64,000 nt of DNA from Lepidodermella squamata (taxonomy: Eukaryota; Animalia; Gastrotricha), in the NCBI GenBank assembly GCA_047495785.1, contig JBLDXI010000009.1, positions 1,364,001 through 1,428,000 of the forward strand. Direction: 5' to 3'. This document shows positions 1 through 13,356 of the stretch, piece after piece; the first letter of the stretch is position 1, and each line of letters opens with the position of its first letter. The notes beneath the pieces were generated by a model. It searched no databases, was not told the DNA's origin, and saw only the letters and a program-made list of their open reading frames with translations. The position numbers were made by a program, and so were the translations under genes.

Positions 1-34
1 TTTAATGCAAAAAACTGCGGCGACGGTCTGGAGA

Positions 35-654
35 ATGGGTTGGTCTATTCTCTACTTCTGTAAGTGGCCGGAACTCCAACGGAAATGCCAAGAAGCTATA
101 GATCAAGTGATAAAGACCGATAGCATGCCAACTTTGGACGATCGGAAAAAGTTGGTCTACATCGATGCCGTTATGTGCGAAATTTTGCGATATGTAACAA
201 TTGGGCCTAGTTCGTTATTCCACGCAACTAAACATGCCACAGTCGAATTTGAAGGTGAACTTAACATTCCACCCTTTTAAGTGATTTATACTTGTTTAAA
301 CTAGGTTATCGGATCCCCCCTGACACCTGCATTCAATATAACATCTGGGCAGTTCATCACGATGAGAAGTACTGGAAAGATCCTGAAGTTTTTCAACCTG
401 AACGTTGGATCGATGATAATGGATCGTTATTGAATCATACGACGCATTTCATGGCTTTTGGAGTTGGACCTAGAATATGCCTAGGCGAACAGCTTGCTCG
501 ACTGGAATATTTTATTTTTGTGGTTGCAATGCTTCAGCGTTATGATTTTTCCTTTCCGACCGAGGATTACGAGGTGGATGAGGACAGTGGCCATCATAAC
601 GTCACGAACATTCCGCCCAAGTTTGACGTTGTGATCACTCGACGTAATAACTAA
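35..654 (+). pseudogene. 5'-truncated CYP2-clan P450 fragment (gene A), from the end of the I helix to the stop; intron 255-304
   Basis: EILR (ExxR), PERW and FGVGPRICLG heme motif. Near-identical to the 3785-5409 paralog from ~nt 35 onward, but nt 1-34 do not match the expected AGTETT coding sequence. Confidence 0.75.
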
Positions 655-1226
655 CATGATTGGTGCTTCAACGCGAATTATGTATATTTTTCGATCGGTT
701 TTGTCATTTTTCTTTCAAATTTGTCAGCGTTAAGTGTGACCCTATCTATTATGGCTCGCGCGTCTTAATTTTCTATTGCATCCATCACCGGGAAACGAGA
801 CCGCAGACATTTTACCTTAAAGTGATTAGGTAATTTTCCTGATACTTGTTATATCACTGAATACATTTATCGCTGTGTACTAAAATAAAACCACAAAATA
901 ACGGCGTGTGATTATTAACCGGAGTGGTGAAGGAAAGGTTGCCTCGTGAAAGGCTATATTGCCTTTAGGCTCATATTTTTTGACGGACATACTGAACAAA
1001 CACTCTACTCAAAGCACAAATTCGAACTGCAAATTATTAGGGATGAAACGAAATTACAATTTTGGCATATTTCTGATTTTATTTTACTACCATCACCTGC
1101 TACGGCGCTCTCGGCGCGATTACATAGCCTCATAGACTTAGAAATTTATGATGCAATCAAAAATGTAAAAAGGCGATACATAACGGTAGAAAAGATAATA
1201 TGCCGTTTCCCTAAAAAGAGTGATGG

Positions 1227-1785
1227 TTATAAAACGACTTGTAGCCAGTCCCGTGGGTCGTGTGAGAGGCTCCGCTGGCTAGGTTTTCGAACTTCGCGTA
1301 AATGCCAAGCTGGGCACTTATCGGCAAGAACTTTGCGAACGTCTTCTGACGTTGGGCGAATACCACAGACGTAGTTGATGTAGTCCGCCATACCGAGACT
1401 TGCTGCTAAGCAGCGTTCGCCATAGCGTTTGAAAGCATCAAGGAAGACATCCTCAATGGAGTCGACTCCGGCGTAAGCGAATGCGTCAATTATTTCCGTT
1501 TCGAAGGGCAGATCAAACAAGGCTCGAAGGCAGTGGGCTTGAATTTCCGCCAGTTTTCCGACCGAGGAGGGCGCAAGGCAGCGAAGGGCAGGGGCTCCAT
1601 AGGCTACCAAGAACTCCGCAGGGCTGTTTTTATAAAAGAGCACACAAAGGTTTTTAGGCAAAACGTGCCGCTTGGCCAGGGCGGAGAGGGCGCCAAGGCG
1701 AGGCTTCAGTTTTGAGGCAATTATTTCAAGATGGTAATTCCAATTTAGCTGGGGTGTGAGGTATATCCCGACGATGTTGGTTTTC
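1227..1785 (-). mobile_element. Non-LTR retrotransposon (LINE) ORF2 fragment, region just C-terminal of the RT core
   Basis: VGIYLTPQLNWNYHL..ASKLKPRLGAL..LFYKN..LVAYGAP..LAEIQAHCLRALF matches the typical LGVxLDxxLxWxxH ... LYK ... YG ... Q..LR pattern of LINE ORF2. Confidence 0.75.
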
Positions 1786-1787
1786 AG

Positions 1788-2200
1788 CGGTTGATGAAAC
1801 ACGCTTGTCCACGTTATAAAATTCCTTCTCGGCTGTATTTTTTCGATAAAATCATCCCAGCTATGTGTAAGGGCGCTGTTGATGGCATCAAGAACAGCCC
1901 GTTATTCAAGGCGGAAGATTTTTCTTTCACTTCCGACCTGTGGACATCGCGAGCTAGCTGTTGCACTTTCAGCTAATGAAGCGTCGATTTCTATGGTCAT
2001 ACCTGGAATTGGGCAAATCATTCGGTTTCTAAACGAAGAGCTGGACGACGACAGCATCAAAGCAATGTAGGCCAAACTTCTTCAGCAAATTCATTCGCGT
2101 TTTGACGAGTTGCTAAACAACAACAATTATCAAATGGCAACAAGTCTTAATCCACGCTTCAAGCTTGATTTTTTCGAAGACGAGACTGCCGCAAATGTTC
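1788..2200 (+). mobile_element. Internally deleted hAT (ZBED/Ac-like) transposase fragment
   Basis: PRYKIPSR..F..IIP and FSFTSDLWTS (first catalytic Asp) joined directly to SISMVIP ... IHSRF ... MATSLNPRFKLDFF. Contains a frameshift and a stop. Confidence 0.75.
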
Positions 2201-3053
2201 CTCGAAAGCAGCTATGGGCAAATCGACCAGCGACTCCTCAGAATCGAATCGTCCGATAATTTCAAGTTAATTTGAATATGGTTTAATTTCCAGCCACACG
2301 CCGGTTTGATAACTTTTCCGCTTTTCAAGTTCAGCTATAATTTCTTTCCGCCGAATATAATTTCGAGAGCATTTCCGCTATTGCGTTCTCCGCTATTTTC
2401 ATTTCCGCTATAATATGAGTTGCGCCATATACACTATCAAGAGTTCTGCCAACTGACAGTTAAGCACGCTATGCACGTTTTCCGCCTAGGTGATTTTTCA
2501 GATCTTCATTTCAATGATCAGATCATTTCAACAAGAAAGCCACTGGAAGACAAGGTTTTTAAAAAGGAGAGAGAGCTGTTGAGAACTTCCACTTTTAATA
2601 TAGGACAAAACCAATAGGACACAATAGGACAAAAATTGAACGAGTATGCAGTTTAGGTTCAGAAGTAAATCTTTTACGCAGATTTATGGCACCCCCGAGC
2701 GATTTTAAATTTTTGCATTTTTGACTATATCAGCAAACGGTGAGGAATTGGCTCATGATATTTTGTTTCTTCCAATAGCCGAATTCAATTGAATTCAATT
2801 GCGAACTTACGAACAGTTGTATTTGCATATGCAAACTTTTATTCTGAGGGTAATTTAGCTCATTTCAGCATGTAATAGTTGATAACTGAAAGCTGGCAAA
2901 CCGAATGCCCGATTATAAAAACATGTTAGCGTAAAATCTCAGCTAAAAATTATTTAACACTTTAAGCGCCGGGGATTTTCGCGTTTAGCATTCCTGCATC
3001 GCCGGGGTATTCTCGATGTACCTAGCAAAAACTTCGATCCCCAGATTATTATA

Positions 3054-3490
3054 CCGTATTTCATCGATTAATAGCCTCCCTCGAATTAAAGCCCCCTCGA
3101 ATAATAGCCTGAAATTTCCGGCTGTTTTCAGCATTTAAAACTAAATAATAGCCCGCCTCGAATATAATAGCCACGCCTTGCCTTGTCCGAAGCAGGTGGC
3201 GCGATGGAGGAGGGACAAAGCTGTCCTAATTTCGTCGCCTACAACTGCTAAGCGGATTAGAGGTGGTGGACGTTAGCCGCTGTTTGCAGATGTCGAGGAG
3301 AGATTAGCAGCGTGGGTCAGACAACAGAGAAGTCAACCACGGAAACGACTTCCGATGATGAAATTTGCCAATTGCCAATAAATAATAGCCCCCCTCAAAT
3401 AATAGCCCCTCGAATAATTGCCTCTTTTTCGGACCATTTTCGGAGTTTCGGAAAAAATAGTAGCCATGGCTATTATTTGATGAAATGCGG
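3054..3490. mobile_element. Tc1/mariner (pogo/Tigger-like) MITE
   Basis: TIRs CCGTATTTCATCGATTAATAGCC / GGCTATTATTTGATGAAATGCGG, TA on both sides, and internal repeated AATAATAGCC motifs. Confidence 0.85.
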
Positions 3491-3784
3491 TATTTTCTTG
3501 ACGGTCATTGAATTCTAAGATCATTGGTCAATGTCCCGAATTTTTCCGACTTTATTACGTAATAGCTAAAAAACCATAGGTAAATGGTTAATCTATGAAA
3601 TAACGCTTACTCATTTTTGAGTATACGCGACGCTATCCTACAAAACGCTTACTCACTTATGAGTATACGACGTTTTCCTGCAAATTTGATTACTCACCCT
3701 TGAGTTTATGGCAAGAGTATAAAATGATTTCATTCCAAGAGCTGAAAAGCGGATTGAAAACTCTCGTTATTTTGAAAGTCAAAA

Positions 3785-5409
3785 ATGTTTGAAGCATTAG
3801 TGCAAGATGCAGTTTCTTTGCTGAAGTCATGGTGGTATCTGATACCACCCAGTGCGTTCTTCCTCTATGGAACTCAACTCTACATAATTGACTGGTTTCG
3901 GAGACTCCCGCCAGGGCCACATCCTCTCCCCTTCATTGGTAAGAAGCCCAGCCGACGTTTCTAGGCTCTGCTCATATTTCCTATTATTATCAGGCACGTT
4001 ATATCTACTAAGTGATGACATCAGACAGAAACCTTGGCGGCTTCTCAAAAAAGTGGGCGATAAATACGGTCCGGTTTATACCTTTTATATAGGTCAAATT
4101 CGCACGGTTGTCCTAAACTCCTCCGATGTCATTCGGAAAGCTCTGATATCACAAGCAAATGAATTCGGCTACCGTACCGATTCATTTATGCCTGGGTTCA
4201 GTTCTTTAACGCTTGGAATAATCGCTGCAGATGGCGAACTTTGGATTAAATATCGTCGATTCGGCCACAAGGGCTTGCGAGACTTGGGAATGGGGACTAA
4301 TGTAATGGTAACTAAGGTTCAGGACGAAGCTGCTGCCCTTTGCGCAGAAATTGATAGCCGCATCCTCGGCAAGGTCGAACATCACTTTGACAAAATTTTG
4401 AAATGCAGTGTTTCTGACGTAATCTATTCAATTTGTCTGGGTCAGCGGTTGAATTACGACGACCCCAAGTTCACTGAGCTGCTACGATTGGCTACGACTT
4501 TTTTCGAACGGCCGTTGAAACAAAATGTTTTTTTCTTTGCAGTACCTCTCGCCGCTAGGTTCAAACTTCCACCGCAAGTCGTCGATATAAAGAACATCGA
4601 GAATTACGTTCTTACGTTGGTCAGCGATGCTGTCGAAGAGCGTCGGCCTGTTTTCCATCCTGATAACATTAGCGATTTTGTTGATCTTTATTTGAGTATG
4701 GACGATGAGGCGGGTGTCTCCGTGGAAACTTTTGCTGCTATCATGAAAGACATGCTACTCGCCGGCACGGAAACAACAGTTACAGCCATGGTTTGGTCCA
4801 TTCTCTACTTCTGTAAATGGCCGGAACTCCAACGGAACTGCCAAGAGGCAATAGATCAAGTGATAAAGACCGATAGCATGCCAACTATAGAAGATCGGAA
4901 AAAGTTGGTCTACATCGATGCTGTTATGTGCGAAATTTTGCGATATGTAACAATTGGGCCAAATGGATTATTTCGCGCAACTAAGCATGCCACGGTCGAA
5001 TTTGAAGGTCAACTTGAGATTGCGTACCCATTAATTTGATTTAAGATATTTGAAACTAGGCTATCGGATCCCTCCTGACACCTGCATTCAATATAACATC
5101 TGGGCAGTTCACCACGATGAGAAATATTGGAAAGATCCTGAAGTTTTTCGGCCTGAACGTTGGATCGATGATAATGGATCTTTATTGAATCATACGACGC
5201 ATTTCATGGCTTTTGGACTTGGACCTAGAATATGCCTGGGTGAACAGCTTGCTCGACTGGAATATTTCATATTTGTGGTTGCAATGCTTCATCGGTACAA
5301 TTTCTCATTTCCGACCGAGGATTACGAGGTGGACGTGGACGGTGGCCTTCATAACGTCACGAACATTCCGCCCAAGTTTGAAGTTGTGATCACACGACGT
5401 AATAACTAA
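3785..5409 (+). CDS. CYP2-clan cytochrome P450 (gene B); introns 3939-3993, 5008-5059
   Basis: Membrane anchor, PPGP hinge, WxxxRRF, AGTETT, ExxR, PERW, FGLGPRICLG; GT-AG introns restore the frame. Confidence 0.93.
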
Positions 5410-5826
5410 CATTATCAAATTTCAATTTTCGATGGCCCCCTAACGCGAGATTTTATTTTCGTAAATGTAAACTGTCAGCGCAAAGAGTGACCCTATCTAA
5501 CGTCTTCATTTTTTATTGGTTCCATCGCCTCCTAACGGGAGCGAGACCGCAACCCTTTGAACTTAGTGACCTTAGTTATTTCTCACAATTTTTATATCAC
5601 TGAATACATTTATCGCGGTTTACTAAAAATAAAGCCAAAAACTAACGGCGTTTGAGTAGTAACTGGAGCTCTGAAAGAAACGGACCGCTTATTATCTCCA
5701 CCTAGTTAAGGGCCATTTATCATGTATATTTCCTTTCCTGTGGTAAAAATTATCAGTGTCGAAACTTATTTGTTTTTTTCGTGAAGCCTACTTCGCTCTT
5801 GGTGGTGTTCTCTTGGGACAGAAAAA

Positions 5827-7498
5827 ATGGAAACTATTATTGAGAACTTTCTGTCACTTTCCGGTGATTTGTTTAAATCGTGGTGGTACTTGTTAGTTCC
5901 GGGTGTGATCCTGTTCTACGGTTCGCATGTCTTCATTTTCGATTGGTTCCGACGTCTCCCACCTGGACCGCTGCCGCTTCCATTTATAGGTAAAAGAATG
6001 GGCCTTTTATTTATCGTGATTTTTCCTTCTACTAAAATAACAGCTAAATTTGGAATAAATAATGTTTTCACAGGTACGGCGTACCTAATGGAAGACGATG
6101 TTCGTAAGAAGCCGTGGCAGATGTTCGATGAGCTCGGCAAGAAATATGGCCCAATCTACACCTTCTATTTCGGGCAATTGCGCCTTGTCAGCATAAATTC
6201 ACCGGAGCTGATTCGAAAGGCCTTGGTTACTCAAGCAAAACAATTCAACTATCGCCCGCATTCATTCATGCCAGGCTACGGCGATCTGCCACCCGCTGTC
6301 ATTATCGGAGGAGGTGGCGAAGAATGGGTCCGAAATCGTCGTTTTGCGCACAAGGGTCTGAAGGAATTCGGACTAGGAACTAACGTCATGGTTAGGAAAG
6401 TTCAAGATGCTGCGCAGTCGTTGGTTCAAGAACTCGACCGCCGGGCCGGATCAGTGGAAAGAAAAACACGAGATCTATTTCAAATCGCCGTTTGTGACGT
6501 TATTTTTGCCGTACTCTTCGGCGAGCGAGCAGATAACAAAGATTCGCGATTTGTTGAACTTATGGATTTACTTACAGTATTTTTCGAACGGCCTATGAAA
6601 GAGAACGCTATTTACTACGCCATTCCATTGCTCGCTACGCTGAAAGGAACGCCTCAAACAGATGATCTAAAGAATATCGATAACTGGATCATAAAATTGC
6701 TTGAACGATTAATACGTGAGCGCCGCGAAGTGTTCAATCGGGATAATATTCACGACTTCGTCGACCTATACTTGGCTGACGAGGGTAAGCCGCATGGAAT
6801 CGCCGTTGAAACATTTTTTTCTCTTACCCGCGACTTGCTCGGAGCTGGAACAGAGACTACGTCGACCACCCTCAACTGGGCGATTCTCTACCTGTGTGAA
6901 TGGCCGGAAATTCAGAGAAAATGCCAGGAAGAGATTGATCAAGTCATAAAATCAGACGGTATGCCCTCGTTAGAGTACAGGAATAATTTGGTCTTTATTG
7001 ATGCGGTGATGAACGAGATTCACCGACATGTTACGCTAGTACCTGGCAGCGTTTATCATGCCGTCAAGTTCGAAACGGTCGAGTTCGAAGGTTTGCATGA
7101 CATTTTGCGGTAGATATTGTTTTCCTATCTTATTAATTTGTACAACAGGATATTCGATTCCTCCCGATACAGCCATCCAGTATAACATTTGGTCAGTTCA
7201 TCACGACAAAGACTACTGGAAAGACCCGGAAGTTTTCCGGCCTGAACGCTGGATTGCTGATGATGGCTCTCTTCTTAGCCATTCGTCCCATTTCATGCCC
7301 TTTGGTGTTGGGCCAAGGATTTGTGTCGGTGAACAGCTTGCCCGCATGGAGTCATTCATATTCTTCGTCGCAATTCTGCAAAGGTTCAGCTTCTCTTTTC
7401 CAAGCCCTGATTATAAGATCGATTTGAATTCCGGCAGATTCAACATTACTAACCTTCCGCCTACATACGATGTTCTTATAACGCGTCGTCAGATTTAG
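5827..7498 (+). CDS. CYP2-clan P450 (gene C); introns 5990-6073, 7091-7148
   Basis: PPGP, GAGTETT, EIHR, PERW, FGVGPRICVG. Confidence 0.93.
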
Positions 7499-8568
7499 AT
7501 GATGAATACGCAATTTTATTATGCTAGACCAATTAGGCATTGGCTGGCATTCGTCGTAATTACGCTGCATCAGGCAAAATGAAATAGGTGCGCGCTATTT
7601 ATTTATATTTATTTTGATTATTACTATCATCATAAATAATCTATTATAATTGTTGCTTTTAATAAATTCGCTCGATTTTTTGTGTGGATGCGGGAAATTA
7701 TTAGCTTGGCCTCATTCCTGGTGAGTATTGGCAGAGCCTTGAAATTTGAATTGGCGTTGACTCCTCATTCCTGTTGCCGCGACCATTTTTGCACATTTCT
7801 AATTTTACTTGCCCAGCTTATTATCTTTTAGTGGTGTTAAAAAACACATTTTGAGCTTCATTCAATTCGAGAGAACTAGTACACGCGGACCTATCGTTAG
7901 CGACGCGCCAAAACAACCACTTTACTATTTTTAGATCACTATATGAAATTACGATCGGCCCCATCGGCGGCGGAACGTAAATGGCATATTACGATTTTTG
8001 GTGAACGTAATGGTTTTTAACGACGTAGCCGTGGTTCACTTGTACGATCTGAACGTATGCGTATGAGAACGCCAGGCTTGACATATTTTCACCGGTTGCC
8101 AGAAATCGCAACGTTTATGTCATTTTTTCCTCGATCGGATGCCATGACGGCCCATATTAGCTTTGGTAACATCGGGCGAATAAACGCCAGCATTTTAACT
8201 GTCCAAAATGAAAGGAACACTCGAGGTCTACCTCAAGATCTTTCAAATCATGCTGATAACTTTTTTCTAAAAAAACTAATTAACACCGTTATAATAAAAT
8301 GTGTTAGACGTCGTAGGTAAGGAACAAATTTTGACATGACTGAGTGCTAAGTACGAAATGTCTATTACAGGCCGACTGCGTTTTCAGTTTGAAACAAATG
8401 ATTCTCCAGCACCCCTTTTACACACTAAAGGTTATAAATATGACATGTCACGCGTATTTCTTTTTTCTAAGAACACTTTTTTTCATCACCCTCCAATATC
8501 AGCCTATATAAACGAGCTGAACATCAAATTAAAAACTCATTATTTTGGACAATTCTTCGCAGCTGAAA

Positions 8569-10197
8569 ATGTTTGAAGCATTTATGCAAGATGCAGCTTC
8601 CTCACTGAAATCATGGTGGTATCTGATACCTCCCTGCGCGTTCTTCCTCTACGGAACTCAACTCTACATAATTGACTGGTTTCGGAGACTCCCGCCAGGG
8701 CCGCGTCCTCTTCCCTTCATCGGTTAGAAGCCCAGCTGAAGTTTATACGATTGATTTATACTGCTTATTGTTATCATAGGCACGGTTTATCTGCTTAGTG
8801 ATGACATCAGAAAGAAACCTTGGCGGCTATTCAAAAAGTTAGGCGATGAATACGGTTCGATTTATACGCTCTACTTTGGCCAAATGCGTACGGTCATCCT
8901 GAAGTCCTCCGATGTCATTCGGAAAGCTCTGATATTACAAGCAAAGCAATTTGGTTACCGTGCTGATTCATTTATGCCCGGTTACAGTGCTCTGACAGAT
9001 GGAATAGTCGCCGCGGATGGCGAGCCTTGGATTAAAAATCGAAGATTCGGCCACAAAGGCTTGCGAGACTTGGGAATGGGGACTAATGTAATGGTGAGTA
9101 AGGTTCAGGACGAAGCTGCTGCCCTCTGCGCAGAAATTGATGGCCGCATTCTCGGCAAGGTCGAACATCATTTTGACAAAATTTTGCAATGCAGTGTTTC
9201 TGACGTAATCTATGCAATTTGTCTGGGTCAGCGGTTAAACTACGACGACCCCAAGTTCACTGGGCTTCTACGATTGACTACTACTTTTTTCGAACGGCCG
9301 TTCAAGGAAAACGCCATTTTCTTCGCAATGCCTCTAGCCGCGAGGTTCAAACTTCCACCGCAGGTCGTCGATATCAAGAATGTTGAAGATTACGTTCTTC
9401 AGCTTATTAAAGAAGCTGTCGAAGAACGCCGACCTGTTTTTCATCCTGATAACGTCAGTGATTTTGTCGATCTTTATTTAAGCATGGACGATAAGTCGGC
9501 GGTCTCTATGGAAACTTTCGCAGCAATCATGAGAGACATGCTACTCGCCGGCACGGAAACAACGGTTACAACCATGGTTTGGTCCATTCTCTACTTCTGC
9601 AAATGGCCGGAACTCCAACGGAAATGCCAAGAGGCTATTGATCAAGTGATAACAACCGATAGCATGCCAACTTTGGACGATCGGAAAAAGTTGGTCTATA
9701 TCGATGCCGTAATGTGCGAAATTTTACGATATGTAACTATCGCGCCTAATGGAATATTCCACGCAACTAAGCATGCCACGGTCGAATTTGAAGGTATAAA
9801 CTCAATGTCATCTTTTTTAAATGGGACTATTACGGTGTTCAAATAAGGTTACCGGATTCCTCCAAATACCTGCATTCAATATAACATCTGGGCGGTTCAC
9901 CACGATGAGAAGTACTGGAAAGATCCTGAAGTTTTTCGGCCTGAACGTTGGATCGATGATAATGGATCTTTATTGAACCATACGACGCATTTCATGGCTT
10001 TTGGACTTGGACCTAGAATATGCCTGGGTGAACAGCTTGCTCGACTGGAATATTTCATTTTTGTGGTTGCAATGCTTCAGCGGTACAATTTCGCCTTTCC
10101 GAAAGAGGATTACGAGGTAGACGTTGACAGTGGCACTCATAGCATCACGAACATTCCGCCCAAGTTTGAAGTTGTGATCACACGACGTAATAACTAA
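8569..10197 (+). CDS. CYP2-clan P450 (gene D, chimeric 3' end); introns 8723-8779, 9794-9847
   Basis: All P450 motifs present; TATATAAA at 8505. Confidence 0.93.
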
Positions 10198-10614
10198 CAT
10201 TATCAAATTTTAATTTTCGATGGCCCCCTAACGCGAGATTTTATTTTCGTAAATGTAAACTGTCAGCGCAAAGAGTGACCCTATCTAACGTCTTCATTTT
10301 TTATTGGTTCCATCGCCTCCTAACGGGAGCGAGACCGCAACCCTTTGAACTTAGTGACCTTAGTTATTTCTCACAATTTTTATATCACTGAATACATTTA
10401 TCGCGGTTTACTAAAAATAAAGCCAAAAACTAACGGCGTTTGAGTAGTAACTGGAGCTCTGAAAGAAACGGACCGCTTATTATCTCCACCTAGTTAAGGG
10501 CCATTTATCATGTATATTTCCTTTCCTGTGGTAAAAATTATCAGTGTCGAAACTTATTTGTTTTTTTCGTGAAGCCTACTTCGCTCTTGGTGGTGTTCTC
10601 TTGGGACAGAAAAA

Positions 10615-12286
10615 ATGGAAACTATTATTGAGAACTTTCTGTCACTTTCCGGTGATTTGTTTAAATCGTGGTGGTACTTGTTAGTTCCGGGTGTGATCCT
10701 GTTCTACGGTTCGCATGTCTTCATTTTCGATTGGTTCCGACGTCTCCCACCTGGACCGCTGCCGCTTCCATTTATAGGTAAAAGAATGGGCCTTTTATTT
10801 ATCGTGATTTTTCCTTCTACTAAAATAACAGCTAAATTTGGAATAAATAATGTTTTCACAGGTACGGCGTACCTAATGGAAGACGATGTTCGTAAGAAGC
10901 CGTGGCAGATGTTCGATGAGCTCGGCAAGAAATATGGCCCAATCTACACCTTCTATTTCGGGCAATTGCGCCTTGTCAGCATAAATTCACCGGAGCTGAT
11001 TCGAAAGGCCTTGGTTACTCAAGCAAAACAATTCAACTATCGCCCGCATTCATTCATGCCAGGCTACGGCGATCTGCCACCCGCTGTCATTATCGGAGGA
11101 GGTGGCGAAGAATGGGTCCGAAATCGTCGTTTTGCGCACAAGGGTCTGAAGGAATTCGGACTAGGAACTAACGTCATGGTTAGGAAAGTTCAAGATGCTG
11201 CGCAGTCGTTGGTTCAAGAACTCGACCGCCGGGCCGGATCAGTGGAAAGAAAAACACGAGATCTATTTCAAATCGCCGTTTGTGACGTTATTTTTGCCGT
11301 ACTCTTCGGCGAGCGAGCAGATAACAAAGATTCGCGATTTGTTGAACTTATGGATTTACTTACAGTATTTTTCGAACGGCCTATGAAAGAGAACGCTATT
11401 TACTACGCCATTCCATTGCTCGCTACGCTGAAAGGAACGCCTCAAACAGATGATCTAAAGAATATCGATAACTGGATCATAAAATTGCTTGAACGATTAA
11501 TACGTGAGCGCCGCGAAGTGTTCAATCGGGATAATATTCACGACTTCGTCGACCTATACTTGGCTGACGAGGGTAAGCCGCATGGAATCGCCGTTGAAAC
11601 ATTTTTTTCTCTTACCCGCGACTTGCTCGGAGCTGGAACAGAGACTACGTCGACCACCCTCAACTGGGCGATTCTCTACCTGTGTGAATGGCCGGAAATT
11701 CAGAGAAAATGCCAGGAAGAGATTGATCAAGTCATAAAATCAGACGGTATGCCCTCGTTAGAGTACAGGAATAATTTGGTCTTTATTGATGCGGTGATGA
11801 ACGAGATTCACCGACATGTTACGCTAGTACCTGGCAGCGTTTATCATGCCGTCAAGTTCGAAACGGTCGAGTTCGAAGGTTTGCATGACATTTTGCGGTA
11901 GATATTGTTTTCCTATCTTATTAATTTGTACAACAGGATATTCGATTCCTCCCGATACAGCCATCCAGTATAACATTTGGTGAGTTCATCACGACAAAGA
12001 CTACTGGAAAGACCCGGAAGTTTTCCGGCCTGAACGCTGGATTGCTGATGATGGCTCTCTTCTTAGCCATTCGTCCCATTTCATGCCCTTTGGTGTTGGG
12101 CCAAGGATTTGTGTCGGTGAACAGCTTGCCCGCATGGAGTCATTCATATTCTTCGTCGCAATTCTGCAAAGGTTCAGCTTCTCTTTTCCAAGCCCTGATT
12201 ATAAGATCGATTTGAATTCCGGCAGATTCAACATTACTAACCTTCCGCCTACATACGATGTTCTTATAACGCGTCGTCAGATTTAG
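10615..12286 (+). pseudogene. Duplicate of gene C with a premature TGA (Ser TCA to TGA at 11981-11983) upstream of the PERW and heme motifs
   Basis: TGGTCAGTT at 7190 versus TGGTGAGTT at 11978; otherwise apparently identical. Confidence 0.8.
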
Positions 12287-13356
12287 ATGATGAATACGCA
12301 ATTTTATTATGCTAGACCAATTAGGCATTGGCTGGCATTCGTCGTAATTACGCTGCATCAGGCAAAATGAAATAGGTGCGCGCTATTTATTTATATTTAT
12401 TTTGATTATTACTATCATCATAAATAATCTATTATAATTGTTGCTTTTAATAAATTCGCTCGATTTTTTGTGTGGATGCGGGAAATTATTAGCTTGGCCT
12501 CATTCCTGGTGAGTATTGGCAGAGCCTTGAAATTTGAATTGGCGTTGACTCCTCATTCCTGTTGCCGCGACCATTTTTGCACATTTCTAATTTTACTTGC
12601 CCAGCTTATTATCTTTTAGTGGTGTTAAAAAACACATTTTGAGCTTCATTCAATTCGAGAGAACTAGTACACGCGGACCTATCGTTAGCGACGCGCCAAA
12701 ACAACCACTTTACTATTTTTAGATCACTATATGAAATTACGATCGGCCCCATCGGCGGCGGAACGTAAATGGCATATTACGATTTTTGGTGAACGTAATG
12801 GTTTTTAACGACGTAGCCGTGGTTCACTTGTACGATCTGAACGTATGCGTATGAGAACGCCAGGCTTGACATATTTTCACCGGTTGCCAGAAATCGCAAC
12901 GTTTATGTCATTTTTTCCTCGATCGGATGCCATGACGGCCCATATTAGCTTTGGTAACATCGGGCGAATAAACGCCAGCATTTTAACTGTCCAAAATGAA
13001 AGGAACACTCGAGGTCTACCTCAAGATCTTTCAAATCATGCTGATAACTTTTTTCTAAAAAAACTAATTAACACCGTTATAATAAAATGTGTTAGACGTC
13101 GTAGGTAAGGAACAAATTTTGACATGACTGAGTGCTAAGTACGAAATGTCTATTACAGGCCGACTGCGTTTTCAGTTTGAAACAAATGATTCTCCAGCAC
13201 CCCTTTTACACACTAAAGGTTATAAATATGACATGTCACGCGTATTTCTTTTTTCTAAGAACACTTTTTTTCATCACCCTCCAATATCAGCCTATATAAA
13301 CGAGCTGAACATCAAATTAAAAACTCATTATTTTGGACAATTCTTCGCAGCTGAAA

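Noticed and set aside
11981-11983. Selenocysteine or readthrough at the in-frame TGA
   Set aside because: The parent copy has Ser, the 3' UTR is identical to the parent's, and no SECIS is evident; a simple nonsense mutation explains it.
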